A DNA stretch of 45,206 nt, filler included, from Jimgerdemannia flammicorona (GCA_003990765.1; 2 parts of 2 records of this genome joined end to end with filler, not necessarily neighbours in it), one strand, 5' to 3'. Numbered from the whole stretch's first letter, positions 22,671 through 35,506 are shown. Translations and numbers: made by a program. The notes: generated from the sequence alone by a model not told the origin.

Positions 22671-23192
22671 TTACAAACCATTAAAGGACCACGATTCATC
22701 GTCGACGCGCACACATCCGTTGTGTGTCTTGCCGTTGGGCAGCTTCATCCCATCGAGTTCTGTCATGTAAACCGTGGAACCTTTCGGCAGATCGTTTGAC
22801 GCGATGCTCACGAATGGTACGAGGACTTTGTCGTTAGACCCCAACCCGTACGGTGCGCTTTTCCGGTCTATAGAATCAAACTTTTTATTGCTAACAAGGT
22901 TGACCATCTTGCTGCTCAGGAGCAGGCAAGTACCCTCCATATTGCACTTATCGAAGGTGGTCTGGGCGACCATCTCGATGGTATTGCCGCTGGTGTCCTT
23001 GAGCGCCACTGTCTTGGGACCCGTCAGGTACACGGTATTGCCGTCGTTATCCATGTCCTCCGTGCCCTCCTTCGTGACCCAATAGTTAGTGAGGACCGCC
23101 TTGCCGCTGCCGTAGCAGCTGGGTGCGGATGCGGCAAGGATGTTCGGGAGGAAGGCGAGGCCCGTGACGGCGAGGATCAGAGCGGATTTCAT
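22671..23192 (-). CDS. Secreted 3D-domain-like (double-psi beta-barrel) protein, probably 3'-truncated at the gap
   Basis: Signal peptide MKSALILAVTGLAFLPNILA, then LTNYWV, CNMEGTC, PYGLG...LVPFVSIA.ND, VY..ELDG.KLP.G..HNGCVRVDD. A possible GTTTGT donor at the ORF end lies next to the gap. Confidence 0.65.
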   Translation of the reverse strand: MKSALILAVTGLAFLPNILAASAPSCYGSGKAVLTNYWVTKEGTEDMDNDGNTVYLTGPKTVALKDTSGNTIEMVAQTTFDKCNMEGTCLLLSSKMVNLVSNKKFDSIDRKSAPYGLGSNDKVLVPFVSIASNDLPKGSTVYMTELDGMKLPNGKTHNGCVRVDDESWSFNGL

Positions 23193-25391
23193 GGTGTGAG
23201 ATGCAATTGAAAAACGGGTTGAGGCCTGCTCAAAGGATGATAATTCAAGCGATCTACGCTTGATGTAAGATGTGTTTAAAAAAAGAGAGGATTCGCCGTG
23301 TCTTCTGAGAGATAAGCGTCAGTTACTTGACCATGAAGGGTTTATATATCAAGTTACCCGACCATAACAAGTGCGTTTGACTATCCTGTCAAAAGAAAAA
23401 AAGCAATATTTCAACAACGGCTAGTGCTTGATGCGATGGATGCACCAAAAGCCCTTCGACGCGAATCAAGTGTGGCTTTGCAGACGCACCACGCGCTGAG
23501 CCGGAATTTTTTGGACGCACGGTCAAAATATTGGTGATTTCAAGTTGCCTGATTCGATCGTAACTGTCATCGGGTATCGTGTCCTGTATTGTTTACATGT
23601 TGCCAAAACACGGCAAGACTTTGAATTCAAGGTTGCGAGCCCTGACACATGGAGTGGATGCCGCGAATGTCACCATAATTACTATCATTCCGAGATGCGC
23701 TAAATGCGAGCGTACATAAACAATTTTTTTTTTTTGAGGAATTCCATGAAAGATGATGTTTCCACTGTCGTAATGTTGATGTAATGTACCTCGAAGTATG
23801 TGCGACAGTACTATATAGTTATATAGTATTATGTAGGATAATATATACGACAATGCCGTGATGCACCGCCCATTTTGACAGCAACTTTCGATTTACGTGC
23901 ACCCATTCAACCAAAGCAGCTGTGATATTAATTGCCAATAACCATGCAGCATTGAATGCTTTTGTAGCTTGCAGCTATTAGCAAGCCGACCAGCAGCGCT
24001 TCTTAGTCATTTGTTCTGAATGAAACCAGCACTGGAATGTGGCCACGTTCAAACAAGAGGGTCAGAGCGAAGTGTTTCAGGCTCGTATGATCTGTGCAAC
24101 CTAGTTGCTATTTGTTGATTTCTACCTGCATATTACTGGCAGGGTCATTACCATTGATCGATAATGGCATAATGCGTTTATTACATAAGTATTTGTTTGG
24201 GTTTCTTTCTCTTCTTTCTTTCAGTGGTGCTTCAACAGGAAATTGTAATAATTAGGTGAGGTTTAAGGCCATTGGACAGTCGAACAGTAAGGCTTATTTG
24301 TGTATGCACAGGCCATTCCTGGCCCTGAGAATCTTCCGCTCGGACGATGAGGCCCCTTACTTGCCTCGCTCGGGCTCGTCGAGATGACCAACCCCTATTG
24401 TTGAGTGACCCACAGTTCCACAGTATGGGGTTTAGGACCCGCGTCTGAGAGTCCAAATTGCTAGATGAATTGAGCCAGAAGTCTGCACTATCCTACCGTA
24501 CGAATAGCTGTTTGAACGGAGTCTATAGAATGGGGTTTGAATGATATATCGTTTATACGTTCGTTGTGCGGAGAACCAATCAACAAGGAGGTCCAAAATT
24601 TGACTCCGCTACATTCAGCCCCATCCTTACGGCCTAAACCAACTTCGTAGCTCGTAGAGTTGATCCCTTAAAATTCAAAATCGAGATCAAAGTGAATACA
24701 ATGCGATATATCGGGAGTGGATATCGTTCGTTCACTCAAATCATGATTTCATTCGATGCCACGAAACGGCGACTCGGATTCGGGGTTTGAAGTGTCGATG
24801 GGTCCTGTCAGGCTCTGTGATGAATTGGGTATCTGGTGTTCGTAGTTATGTAACGTGATTAAGATGCTTTACTGTGTCATAAGGAGGGAACTGATGTAAG
24901 TTAGGGGTGTAAGACAATAGCGGGAGCTTCCCATGGGATCCCTCTATTTGTTACACACTGGGCGCATTGTTATGGATCATGTAACGATGGTAAGGTATTG
25001 TTTTATTAACAACTTCTGACAGCGGGATCGGCGGTACTATTGTCGGGATTGCAGTCGTTCAAGGAACCAGAGGTAGGTTGTGGATTTCATGAATCTCGCG
25101 ACGAATGAGTCGAAAATCCTAAAATTGTCAAGCATTGTTACCCAAGAGACAATCCTTTTGAATTTATATCGAGACAATCGCCAAAAGATGGGTTGGATCC
25201 ATTGGCGAACCCCTTTTCTCCTTAAAACCCCTGATGCGCTCTTATAAGCGCATTCGGGTGATTTGATAAAAAAAAAAAATTGACGGTAATCTATCCTGAT
25301 GACATTGTAGTAATTCATCCCTCCTCCATACACACACTCGATATAATAATCTGTTACAGAAACAACATCCCTAACATTGAATCCAGATACT

Positions 25392-25994
25392 TTACAACAA
25401 CAACATGAAGACCGCCGAGGCGGTGATAACCACAAACACGCTCACAACATGGACGGCCACATGCTCGCCGCTATTTTTACCAGACCAAGTGGTGACAGCC
25501 AGAGTACCGGTGGGGGTAACCGCGGCTTTGAAGGAGGAGATAGGGTAATTGTCGGTGTCGGACAGGGTAGGAAAACTGACGTTGCCGCTGCTGAGTTGGT
25601 TGCAGAAAGTCGTCACGTTGTCGATCGTTAGCTTTGAAGTGGGTAAGTAACAAGCGTAGCAGCTGGCGAAGTCTTTGTAGAAGGATTGACCCTGGGCGCA
25701 TGCGCAGTTGTAGATCTGGAGGTCGACTTGTTTGAAGGTGGCGTTACCGGGGTTTGTTAGGGCATATACACAAAGCTCCAGGGTGTTGAGATAGTTGGCG
25801 CAGCAGGTGCCAAAGGCGCTGAAGGAGGTGCCGGTGGAAGTTGGGGCGACAGCAGTTGCTGTAACGGTTATGGAAGCAGCCGCGATTTGAGACAAGATCG
25901 CGCTAGCGTCAGTGCTTTGGGCTGCAACGAGATTCGGTGTCGCTGCTAGGGCTGCGAGGCAAACCAATATGAACGAAAAAGCGGTTGCGCGCAT
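25392..25994 (-). CDS. Secreted Cys-rich, Ser/Thr-rich, probably GPI-anchored surface protein (~200 aa)
   Basis: ATG at 25994, hydrophobic signal peptide, 8-Cys core (CC..C..CAC..C..C..C), then NSG followed by a C-terminal hydrophobic tail. Confidence 0.75.
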   Translation of the reverse strand: MRATAFSFILVCLAALAATPNLVAAQSTDASAILSQIAAASITVTATAVAPTSTGTSFSAFGTCCANYLNTLELCVYALTNPGNATFKQVDLQIYNCACAQGQSFYKDFASCYACYLPTSKLTIDNVTTFCNQLSSGNVSFPTLSDTDNYPISSFKAAVTPTGTLAVTTWSGKNSGEHVAVHVVSVFVVITASAVFMLLL

Positions 25995-26399
25995 GTTGAG
26001 ATTGAAGAGGAGGAGGAATGAACAGGAATGAACAGGAAGGGGAACTTTGGAGGTGATATTTATCGATTGATACCGATTAATAGACGGTGAAACAGCCCCC
26101 GCGCCAAACGTCCTATATGTAGTAACTCCCGCTACGCCTGTCAGGGGCTTAGGGCAGCTGACCTCTCGTAGTAACAAACCATTCTCATCGTTTGTCGAAT
26201 GTCAACATTGCAGATTCGCGCAATAAAAGAGGTACAACTCAATGACTAGAATGGTGGTGAGTTCAAGCCTGTTACACGAAAAACATAGGGTAGACAACTA
26301 TTTCTGAAACAGTTTGTCAAATCAGCTTGTTTAGTCGGTGCATCGCAGCACCATGACTCAGAGGGAAAAGAGGCTGCCTTGTTCACCAACGCGGCTGGG

Positions 26400-26453
26400 C
26401 TGGAGCCCTCATCGCCGGGCCTTGAGCCCTCATCGCCGGGCCTGGAACCCTCA
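26400..26453. repeat. 21-bp tandem repeat, about 2.5 copies
   Basis: ctggagccctcatcgccgggc / cttgagccctcatcgccgggc / ctggaaccctca. Confidence 0.85.
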
Positions 26454-26790
26454 GGCGAAAAAAAATTCCAACTGCCGGCACCAGTAGGGGAGCTTTTCTC
26501 GACGAGTTCATATTTCCATCTCATTACTATTTGGCATCGTTGATGGAATTGTTACGGAGGGCTCGCCTATGTTATTTTCACTTCCGTCTAACCATTTAAC
26601 ACTGAACTTGGTAAGTCTTCGAAGATGACACAATCTTGTCTGCACATAGTACATAGCGTCCTCCTTTTCGCTGCAACACATCAAGATCCACATTCTGTAT
26701 AGTTTGGTAGCGGTTAATGTATCTTTATGAAACGAAGCCGATGTAATTTTCGGGGGTGATCGGGGCGAGTGAGTTCACTCTTTCCATGCG

Positions 26791-28371
26791 CTACTTGTGC
26801 AAAGGGTTCGCCGCCATGTGTGTGGGGGGCTGGTTCCTTTCGGCCAGATCGACGACGCTCTCATCCCTATCCCAGTCCGTGTCGCGCAGGCGGTGACCGC
26901 GGTGCTGCTCGCGCAGTTGGGAGACATAGGAGGAGATGACGAGGCCGAAGTACATCTATGTGAGGAGATGGTAAAGATGGAGGAGGTTGGTAAGAAGGTC
27001 TTTCGGGCACATATTGCCAAATATAGAGTCATGGAAATAAGCTAGGGTAGAGGGTGATCTGGAAGGTCAAACCCCAATCTATTCAACACACGAAGGCAGA
27101 CCCTACTCAACTCTGGAACGAATGCCCGAAGTCTCTTATGACAAGCTCTGTTTCGTCCTCAGCCTCTCAAACTACACTGCCCATAATCATCCCTTGATCT
27201 ATATCTTAAAATACCCCATCCCTCCTTCCTCCCCCCCACCGAACAGAATCCACAATCCAAACCCCTCCGACCCACCTGCAATATCTGTCCCACTAACAGT
27301 ATGACGCCAATGGCAATCAGGCCAGCCTTGACGCTGGCCTCGCACGTGGCCTCACCATAGGTCTGAGCCTCGGTGTCGTTCTTGGAGACGGGAGCAACGT
27401 TGCCAATGACGGTGGTGTTGGCTAGGTTCAACAACTGACTGCGACAGGAGTCGATGGTCTCCTGGCTGCGCGTATAGGCCAGGACAAAGGAGGCCGTCTC
27501 CCACAGGAGCGTTACCGCCGTGGTGACCCAGAAGGCGCGCGCGTACCATTTCATCAGCGCGAAGGAGGCCTAACGAGAAGGTGTTAGATAAGTGAATTAA
27601 CAAACAGTAATAAAAATTTAAAACCACCAGTCCCATATTTCCTTCACCACCTATTACCCAACCCACATACCACTAATGCTGACAAGATGCCGAACAACCC
27701 TACCACACCCAAGAGGGCGTTTTCAGCAATGTAAACCCAACCCAAGATGGGGTTTATCGCCGTTAGGTGCATTGATAGCGCTAAATTTTGTGGTTGTGAA
27801 GTTGAGAGAGCGGAGTGAATTTTGCTTATCGTTCTGGTTATTTTTTTATCACCGTCAGAAATAAGATAAACTGCGACCAAAAGGGCGACCATAAGGCTTG
27901 GAGAGAAGCAACAAAATTCCCCTTCCCTCTCGAAATAATAATAATAATAATAATAAATCACCACAATGGGAAGATTATATGCGCTTAGATGACTTACGAT
28001 TCTTGTGCAGAATTGCTATCACCACCTGGGCGATCCCATCGATCTGTAGAGAGCCAAGGTGTAATACACAGAGGGTATTAGATTTTCGTCAAAGATCTCA
28101 TTTCGTCAACTCAGCGGAACACTCACGACGGCTGGAATGATTCGCCGTGTCGCCCCGCAAAAGTGGGTTCAGGCACTTCCAAGAGGGTCGACGGAGTCAA
28201 GGAGCGTGCAATCTTCTCCTGAACGCTTCTCTGCAACAATGCACTCGTAATCGCAGATTTCGACCCTCAGTTCAATAGCTGTTCCGTCTTACGTACCGCA
28301 AACAGCAGCCCTATGAGGAAGCTCGCGATCCTGAGAGGTATACAGTAACAGCATTGTTTCACCATGACCAT
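26791..28371 (-). CDS. Four-TM (tetraspan-like) membrane protein (exons 28371-28297, 28043-27998, 27780-27671, 27569-27276, 26955-26791)
   Basis: Starts MVMVKQCCYCIPLR, has four hydrophobic segments and a two-Cys loop between TM3 and TM4, and ends QMYFGLVISSYVSQLR...LHK*. Four GT..AG introns keep the frame. Confidence 0.8.
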
Positions 28372-28733
28372 GGATAATGTGTTTTGTATGTGTGTGTGGG
28401 GGAATGGGTGGGATGGGTCGGGGAAGTGATATATATATATATGTGTGTGTGGGGGGGGGGGGGTTGGGTGAGGGGTGTGGGTGCGTATATATGTGTGTGT
28501 GTATTGTACACGTAAGCGGTCGATGGAATGGGGATAATGCACTACTTGGCGAGGTGTGTGCTGTCTATTATTGAATAACGATAAGGCCTGTTTGTTTGAG
28601 GCCAGCAGAACTGGATTGTGGCTGTCTGTCATTGTAATTATAATTACAAGCAATCTTTTTTTACCCATGGTAGTACCAGGTTCTAATTCAGAAACCTTAA
28701 AATAGAAACGCTCGTTCGCTAAATCAAGTTCTA

Positions 28734-28764
<31 letters not shown>

Positions 28765-29309
28765 GTCTCTAAATCAAGTTCTATGATGGTGGGCGAAACC
28801 GGATGGCGAGCATTCAGGTGGCAAATACCTCCTTATTCAGGTACTTTTGACGTTATCGTCTGGCGCAGTCGAACGTATGGTTCTGGAGCTGTTGACGGTG
28901 AAGATGAAACAAGCTGGTCTTAGTTCACGGAGCGAACCGGTCGTCGGATTTAGGAGATTCTAGTTGAATCCAGAGGGTAGGACGGAAGAAATATTCATAA
29001 GCGTGGGCGGCATGGTGAAGAAGGCACTCACCGCCTTCTACCTTCTGAAGCACGTATATACTCGTTCATGGTTATCCTTTTCTTTTTTTTTTTTTTGGTC
29101 GAAATTATAATGGTAAACTCTGTATGAAGAATGGTTTCACATCAGATTATTATAATTGAACATAGTATATAGGTCTGCTGAGTGAAACTAGGATTGCCAT
29201 TTGATTTGCTAGCTGAGAGCGGACATTTACTAGTTTTCTCATGTACAAGCGTTTATTGCATAGAAATTGGAGAGAAGGATATAAAGTATCCGCCACGCAC
29301 GACTCTCAT

Positions 29310-30272
29310 TTAATCTTCCTCCTCCGGCTCACTCGCTTCCACCTCCACCTTGCTCGGCATAACCCCCACCATAACGTCCGTCGTGATCCCCTCGGTGAAC
29401 CTGATATCTAACTTCTCGAGATGGGTCAGACATTCGCCGATGGCCTTGACGGTCTCGAGACGCACCTGGACGCCCGTCATATCCAGCCTCTTTATCCTTG
29501 GGCACCCCCTCGCTAATGCCATGAACCCCACATCTGTCAGGTTCCTCATCCCGTTGATGGCGACACTCTCTAGTCTCTGCAGCTTCTCCCCGATGGCGAC
29601 GAGGGCGACGTCCGAGACTTGCGGACACATGCTGATGTCGAGCCTAGTGAGTGCGCGGAGGCTGCAGACGTCCTTGACGACGGTCTCATCGTCAACCCAA
29701 TGCACACAGTGGCTGAGGATGAGGGTTTGCAGGAGCGGGCATCCAGTGGCGATGGCCGGGAGCGGGGATGGGACCATGCCACGGTGGGTGAGACCCCATA
29801 TATTAAGGCAGTAGAGGTTTGGGCATGACTCAGCGATGAAGTGGATGGAGTGACGGGTGAGGTTGAGGCACTTGAAGAGGGTGAGGGAGCGGAGGGATTT
29901 GCTGCAAGAGGAGAGGGCGGAGACGAGGCCCTGCGGGGAGATGGAGACGGAGCTTGCGAGGCAGAGAGTGTGCAGGTTCGGAGTGTAGCGGGTGAGGGCA
30001 TCGTCAATGAGGTGGTGTTCGTCAATAAGGTGGGGGATATTTGGGCCGGTGAAGTCGAGTTTATGGACGAGAGCGCCGTGAGTGGTTTGGCTGAGGGAGG
30101 AAGCGAAGAGAAGTAGGTTGTCGGCGACGAGGTTTGGGGTGGCGTACAGGTATGGGAGGGTGGCGGCGTACCAGGCGCAGGAGATGAGGGCGCATTGGAA
30201 GAGTGTGTGTTGATCTGAGATATTTTCGATGATGGCTGAGAGGAGCTCGGGGGGTAGAGTGGGTGGAGACAT
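29310..30272 (-). CDS. F-box/leucine-rich-repeat protein, 320 aa
   Basis: F-box LPPELLSAII...CALISCAW followed by Cys-containing LRRs (CPNL..L.I, L..LDISMCPQVSD, LTD.G...LA.GCP.I..LD). Confidence 0.9.
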   Translation of the reverse strand: MSPPTLPPELLSAIIENISDQHTLFQCALISCAWYAATLPYLYATPNLVADNLLLFASSLSQTTHGALVHKLDFTGPNIPHLIDEHHLIDDALTRYTPNLHTLCLASSVSISPQGLVSALSSCSKSLRSLTLFKCLNLTRHSIHFIAESCPNLYCLNIWGLTHRGMVPSPLPAIATGCPLLQTLILSHCVHWVDDETVVKDVCSLRALTRLDISMCPQVSDVALVAIGEKLQRLESVAINGMRNLTDVGFMALARGCPRIKRLDMTGVQVRLETVKAIGECLTHLEKLDIRFTEGITTDVMVGVMPSKVEVEASEPEEED

Positions 30273-30316
30273 GATGGTGAGTGGGCTGCCATTAATATAT
30301 AAGTTTTAAGTATATA

Positions 30317-30585
30317 CCACCGGATTTTTTCCTCCACCTGATTTTTTTGCCGTCTGATTTTTTGGGATCTGGTTTTTATCGCCAAATAAATTTCCATAGG
30401 GAGCGACTGCGTTTTCTTTTGTCCATTACGGTCCTGTGCCTGTTGCCTATGCCTAATTAGAGTACATAAATGAATCCCACCCACACTTAGTATATAAAGG
30501 GCTGTGGAATTCGGATTTTGGGCGATAAAAGTGATCACAAAAAATTGGATGGCAAAAAAATCAGGTGGAGGAAAAAATCGGGTGG
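30317..30585. mobile_element. Foldback/MITE-like element with ~80-bp inverted arms
   Basis: ccaccggattttttcctccacctgatttttttgcc (from 30317) is the near-perfect reverse complement of ggcaaaaaaatcaggtggaggaaaaaatcgggtgg (30551-30585). Similarity extends inward to ~30400 and ~30501. Confidence 0.75.
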
Positions 30586-30719
30586 CTCGGCTTACCAGAC
30601 TTAAATATACGTTCCAATGCATTACATGTTGAATTCTCCTCTCGCCCTCACTCTATTAACCACAATACTTAACATTATATAGAAAGATGACATATATTAG
30701 TTTGAGTACACTAAATGAT

Positions 30720-31060
30720 TATCAAAGACTGATAGAGATCAAGTCAAAGTTGCCAAGATTATAATATTATCAAGACTTATTAAAACTGTTGCTAAGATTT
30801 TTAATTGCCAAGAATGCTAAGATTTTATTTAAAAAATGCCAAGGGTTTTAATTGCCAAGAATGCTAAGATTTTTATTTGCTAAAAATGCCATGATTTTTA
30901 ATTACCAAGAATGTCAAGATTATTAAAGTTGTTGAGATTGTTAAAATTGTTAAAATTATTATTATAGTTACTAAAGTTATTGAAATTGTTAAAATTACTA
31001 AAATTATTATATTGTTAAAGTTATCAAAGTTATCAAGATTGCAAAAAATTACTAAAGCTT
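30720..31060. repeat. Degenerate 9-bp-period AT-rich tandem array
   Basis: Recurring gccaagaat/gctaagatt and attgttaaa/gttatcaaa units, with a higher-order unit of about 57 bp. Confidence 0.7.
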
Positions 31061-31632
31061 TATCATTATTGCTAAAACCTCAAAACAGTATAATTGATAT
31101 TATTGAGAGAGTAAAACTTAAAGAAAAATAATAAAGTCAGTAGATAATAAAAGTCTGAACAAAATAATAAAAGATGAGCGGACAAAAAGATCAACACTTA
31201 TGTACCTGTGACCAATTTTAATAGGGTCTTAGGGCTGACTCTCTTTCAGTTGATACTGCGTAGCATATCTTGCTTGGATAGCTTGCTTATAGGAACGATC
31301 AGTCAGAGCAGTAATTTTAGGCCGAGGCTTAGGCCGAGGCTTAGGCGTTAGATCCCCATAATTGGCCAGGCTTTGATATCATAATTAATACGTGCATGTA
31401 GTGCGTGCACGACCCACATCCGAAAATCTTCCCATCATCTCCGAATGAAATACGTCACTGTATTTCAGACATGCAAAGATATCTACAAACTAGAAAAACT
31501 GGGGCACTATTAAATACAACAGGCATATAACTACTGCGGGCACTGCTGAGCTAGCTAGATAAACGCGTGCTCGAACCCGAGACAAGCCGGATATGAAATG
31601 CAAACCGAAACAGACAACCACGTTCCCATCCC

Positions 31633-33820
31633 TCACACCCTGGTTCCCAGTGTGCTCGCCCAATATACTTCCCTACAGTAGAGCACTCCGAGCAGCGGTG
31701 GTCCACAGAACATTCCGGACCAGAAGATGACATTCCCAAGCCATGGCCTCTCGCGGATGAACCTGACGCGGCCGAGCCAGATGAGGGGGAGCTGAAACAT
31801 TTGGAGGATAAAGAGGTACATGCGGATCTTTCTTGTAACAATAATGAGAACGAGCTCGTGCAAGCAGGAGGAGAGGAGGAATGTGAGGAAAGTGGCGTTG
31901 TACTTGGAGAGGTTGTAGTGCTCGATAGAGGAAGCGTAGACATGACGGAGGAGGAAGTGATGCACGGGCTTGTTCCACTTGCGCGCAAACTCGTCGTACG
32001 ACACGCTGTTCCACCAGTCGTCGTAGAAGGAGCGGTCGGCGAATCTGGAGGTGTGGTGGGAGGTGTGAGATAATGTGGCGAGCATGGAAGCCGGCAATCA
32101 CAATATTTTACCAATGTTCCTCCTTGCTCCCTTCGTGGGAAACTATATCGGAGCCCATCATTCAAATATACATCCTTTTTCTTTCCTTCTCCTATATCAC
32201 GGTCATCCACCCGACTCACCTGCTGACCTCCGCGAACCCATTACAAATGCACTCGAAGATGATGTAGAAGATGAGCAGATAGTTGATCATGAAGGGGAAC
32301 AACAGCTCAACGATGACGCGCCATGACGGCATCTCGGGATCAAACACTGTGGGTAAGATGTACCGCTCCGTGGTCATGTACAGCAAGAGGAAGGTGCCCA
32401 GCGTCGCGACCGACTTCTCAAAGACATACCATGGGCGGATCCTGTGGGAAATGCAGGTGGTGAGAGAAAAACAAAGTGTTAAGTTTTTGCGCACCCTCGC
32501 CACCACAGCGTGTAAGAACACCGCACCCCTAAACCAAACCCCCCCCCCCCCCCCCCCCCTGATACGAACCTATCCGTCCTCGGATACTCGAGCTGATACA
32601 CGAGACTAGGCACTAACAAATAATCGAAGTAATTGACGAACGTGACGTTATCAGGGAACCTATGAGAGCCGTGCACGAGGTCCTCCTCGAGCTCCTTCAT
32701 CTCGTCTTCCATGCGAGCCAGCTCGTCGCGCTCGGCATCCGTGTACTCGGTCGAGCCGTCCGGATCAAGCCTGGTGTTGTGCTCGGCGATCCAACGTGGG
32801 AGCTGCTGCTTCAGTGCTGTTAGGCGGTGGTACTTGGCCGAGAGGTCGCCGCAAAGCGAGGTATACGAGTGCATCTTCATCATCATCACGATGGTGTGCA
32901 GGACAAAGAAGCCCGATTGGACCCACGGCCAGTCCCTGGTTGATGGAGAGGAAGAAGTTGGAAGTTTGGTATGTATATATGCGTAGAGAGTGCAGCAATA
33001 TATTCTCTATTCAACTCAATTCCCTCCGCTGCTCGTCACCTGAAGCTTCTCCTCTCACCCTCAAACAACCCTACCACTCACCTAAAGAACGTCCAGTAGA
33101 TGTTCATCCCCAAGAATGCGGCTTGCAATGAGTGCTGCAGGGCCATTCCGACCGAATAATACTGTAGCCAACCCCAGACAAGTAACTTCGCGTACACAAC
33201 GGCGCCAACTGTAAGGGTGACCATGGTGAAGTCTGAAATCATGAGTGTAACGGCGTCCTTGCTGAACAGGCTGAACAGGCTCAAGCTGAGCAAGGTGCCC
33301 TCCTGCTCGACGTTGCGTATCATTGTGAGGATAACGTAGAAGGCCATGGCGATCCAGAAGAGGGTGAAGAAGCCGCGGAAGGTTTCCTTGCTTGATTCAA
33401 GGTTGGCGGCGTCGAGGGCGCTCGGACGCGCGCGGAAGTGGAGCCGCTTCTTGGTGCGTGCGGTAATGGTTGTGGTGGTGGTCGTCGCCGCGGCCTGCGC
33501 GCTACGGAGGGTCGGGAGGGCGGGTGAGGAGTGGGATTTCTTGAGGTGCATACCATCGGAGAGAGGGGTGGAGGTGGTCTCGATGACGGAGGTGACGGTG
33601 GTGGTGGTGTCGGTGGTGATGGTAGGGGGATTGACGATGGTGGATATGGTTGTGACGGGACCGGTAAGCTGAGTGGGAGGGAAGAGGTCTCGTTGAATAC
33701 CGATCTCGGGTCTGTTTATAAAGCTGCCCCTCCCCTCCCCCATTGCCCCTTCTTTGCACATACCTGCACAACGGGTAGGGTGTCGTTGCCGAGAGATGAG
33801 TTTTCGTTGAGATTCCCCAT
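31633..33820 (-). CDS. Sterol O-acyltransferase (ARE/ACAT-type MBOAT; exons 33820-33764, 33668-33082, 32935-32570, 32441-32220, 32044-31633)
   Basis: FRGFFTLFWI, WPWVQSGFFVLH...MKMHSY, P.LVYQLEYPRT.RIR, FY.IFECICN.FAE..RFADR.FYDDWWN, RKWNKPVH.FLLRHVY, SSCLHE and GNVIFW. Introns are canonical. The first exon is less certain. Confidence 0.92.
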
Positions 33821-35506
33821 TTGAGAATCACTGTCAGTAACAAAGATTCAAGAATGGTGAGGGGGACGGTTAATATTTGAGGCGGCCACTTTTAAAAATG
33901 TTACCTCTGGTGGCTTAGTATGACTCAAATACAGGAAGAATGTAACTTTTTAAAAGTGATCACCTCAATTTTATCGGCCACAAACCAGTTCCGAGGCAGG
34001 CGACTGCCTTTCCCTCGCATGTCGGCCCGCCACCGCTAGAATCCAAATGAGTTTACCCGGCATACATGTTCTCTGTTTCGCTGTGGGGTAATTTTAGTTT
34101 TTTTTTTTAGCGAATGTATGTATGTAATTGACGACCAACATGTCAGTAAACCGAAAAGGCAACAGGGTTTTCGTAATTAGCAAGATGTGTGTCACCTCTA
34201 CTAGATTAGATTTTATCAAAAGGAGTATACATATATCAGACTCATATTTAACCCTGGTAATGAAAGTCGTCCTACGTGGTTGGATAGCGTGGCGTTTGGC
34301 GGTCACGGCGTGGGAGTTTGGTATCGGCGTTGGTCCCATCCCGTGGCCTTAGAGGGTGGGCGAAATTTATCCGACTCGGTAATTGCCCGAGTCACTAAGC
34401 GCAATGTTGACAGGAACAGCCTTCTACATTGCCTCCTTTGTCGGTTTGTTCAGTCGAGTATTATTATTCAGCTGTTATATGCTCTTTGCATTCATAAAAT
34501 CAATGGTTCGAACGTTAACTTCTAGACGGTACATACATATCCGTATAGCCCTTACTCAAGGTTTCTTTGTGTACAGAAATCGTGCATATTCTTCGTCACG
34601 AGCCTCAAAGTTTTTTTTTTTTTTTTTTTTTTTCACGGCACAAGAACTAAGGACACGCTTCCTATTCATCACGAGTTTGCGAAGCTACCGTCTTAAAATT
34701 TGATTTTGTAGCCTCGTGGCCTGATGGGTTTCTCACCTTATTTATTATTATTCGGAAGCGTGTGTTGACAAATATCTCTTAAATGTGTCCATGCAACCAG
34801 ACCAACTGAGTCCCCAGTACCATTCATCCGTCCAACTCGGCATATTTAGCAGGAGGAGAGATTGATAGTAGATCGTTAAATATTCATTCTCAAGTTGAAG
34901 TGTTGTCGTTTAAATGGTGATTGATTGGGTCGCTCTAAAGTCATGCTTAGGAGATGTGAGCACAGCGCTGGGAGAAGGACGGTGCCAAGGCGATGATCTA
35001 AATATTAGAAAGAAATGCCCAAGGAACATGTGAAAATTAAAAGCAAATACGAGGAGTAACACCATATATCCACATAACTAAATAAATCTATACTCTTTTT
35101 TGTATTACATCGGGTTAACCTATCGACTTTTAATATTCCAACAATTAGCTAAAGCTTTGCTTCTTTAGTGATAATTAAAGACATTCGCTGCTTAATGCAC
35201 ATATTAATGCACATATCACTGGCGATGTTTTTGTTTTTGTTTACATCAAGTATCTGGCGGCGAACTCGGAAATTGCATAGCAAAGGGGACACGTGATGGG
35301 CGGACCTTACACATTCACTCCGTTCGTTTCGAATGAGTACTACTGGTACAAGAGTTTGGTCGACGCAAACCAATGATCGCAGTTGAGAGGCTCCACGGCC
35401 ACCCGGCAAACGCACCGGACGCATTCGAAAGGGGAGAAGGTACCCGCAATCATCCATTGCGTCCCTTGAACTGCCTTCCCTTCTCCACGCTGCCCAGTTC
35501 CACGCC

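Noticed and set aside
23200..25390. Hidden gene or structured RNA in the long intergenic stretch
   Set aside because: Only short ORFs without motifs, and no tRNA or rRNA signature was recognised.
25995..26177. N-terminal extension of the 261-aa ORF
   Set aside because: It begins at a non-ATG codon. The ATG at 25994 gives a clean signal peptide.
26246..26693. Small ORFs around the 21-bp repeat as a gene
   Set aside because: No recognisable domain or convincing splice model.
29570..30622. 350-aa minus-strand ORF overlapping the F-box gene
   Set aside because: It is an alternative frame with Ser/Pro-rich low complexity that runs through the inverted repeat. The F-box frame has the recognisable domains.
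33958..33970. ATCACCTCA upstream of the sterol acyltransferase as a sterol regulatory element
   Set aside because: Only a partial match, and no clearly shared motif was found upstream of MVD1 and ERG1 by eye.
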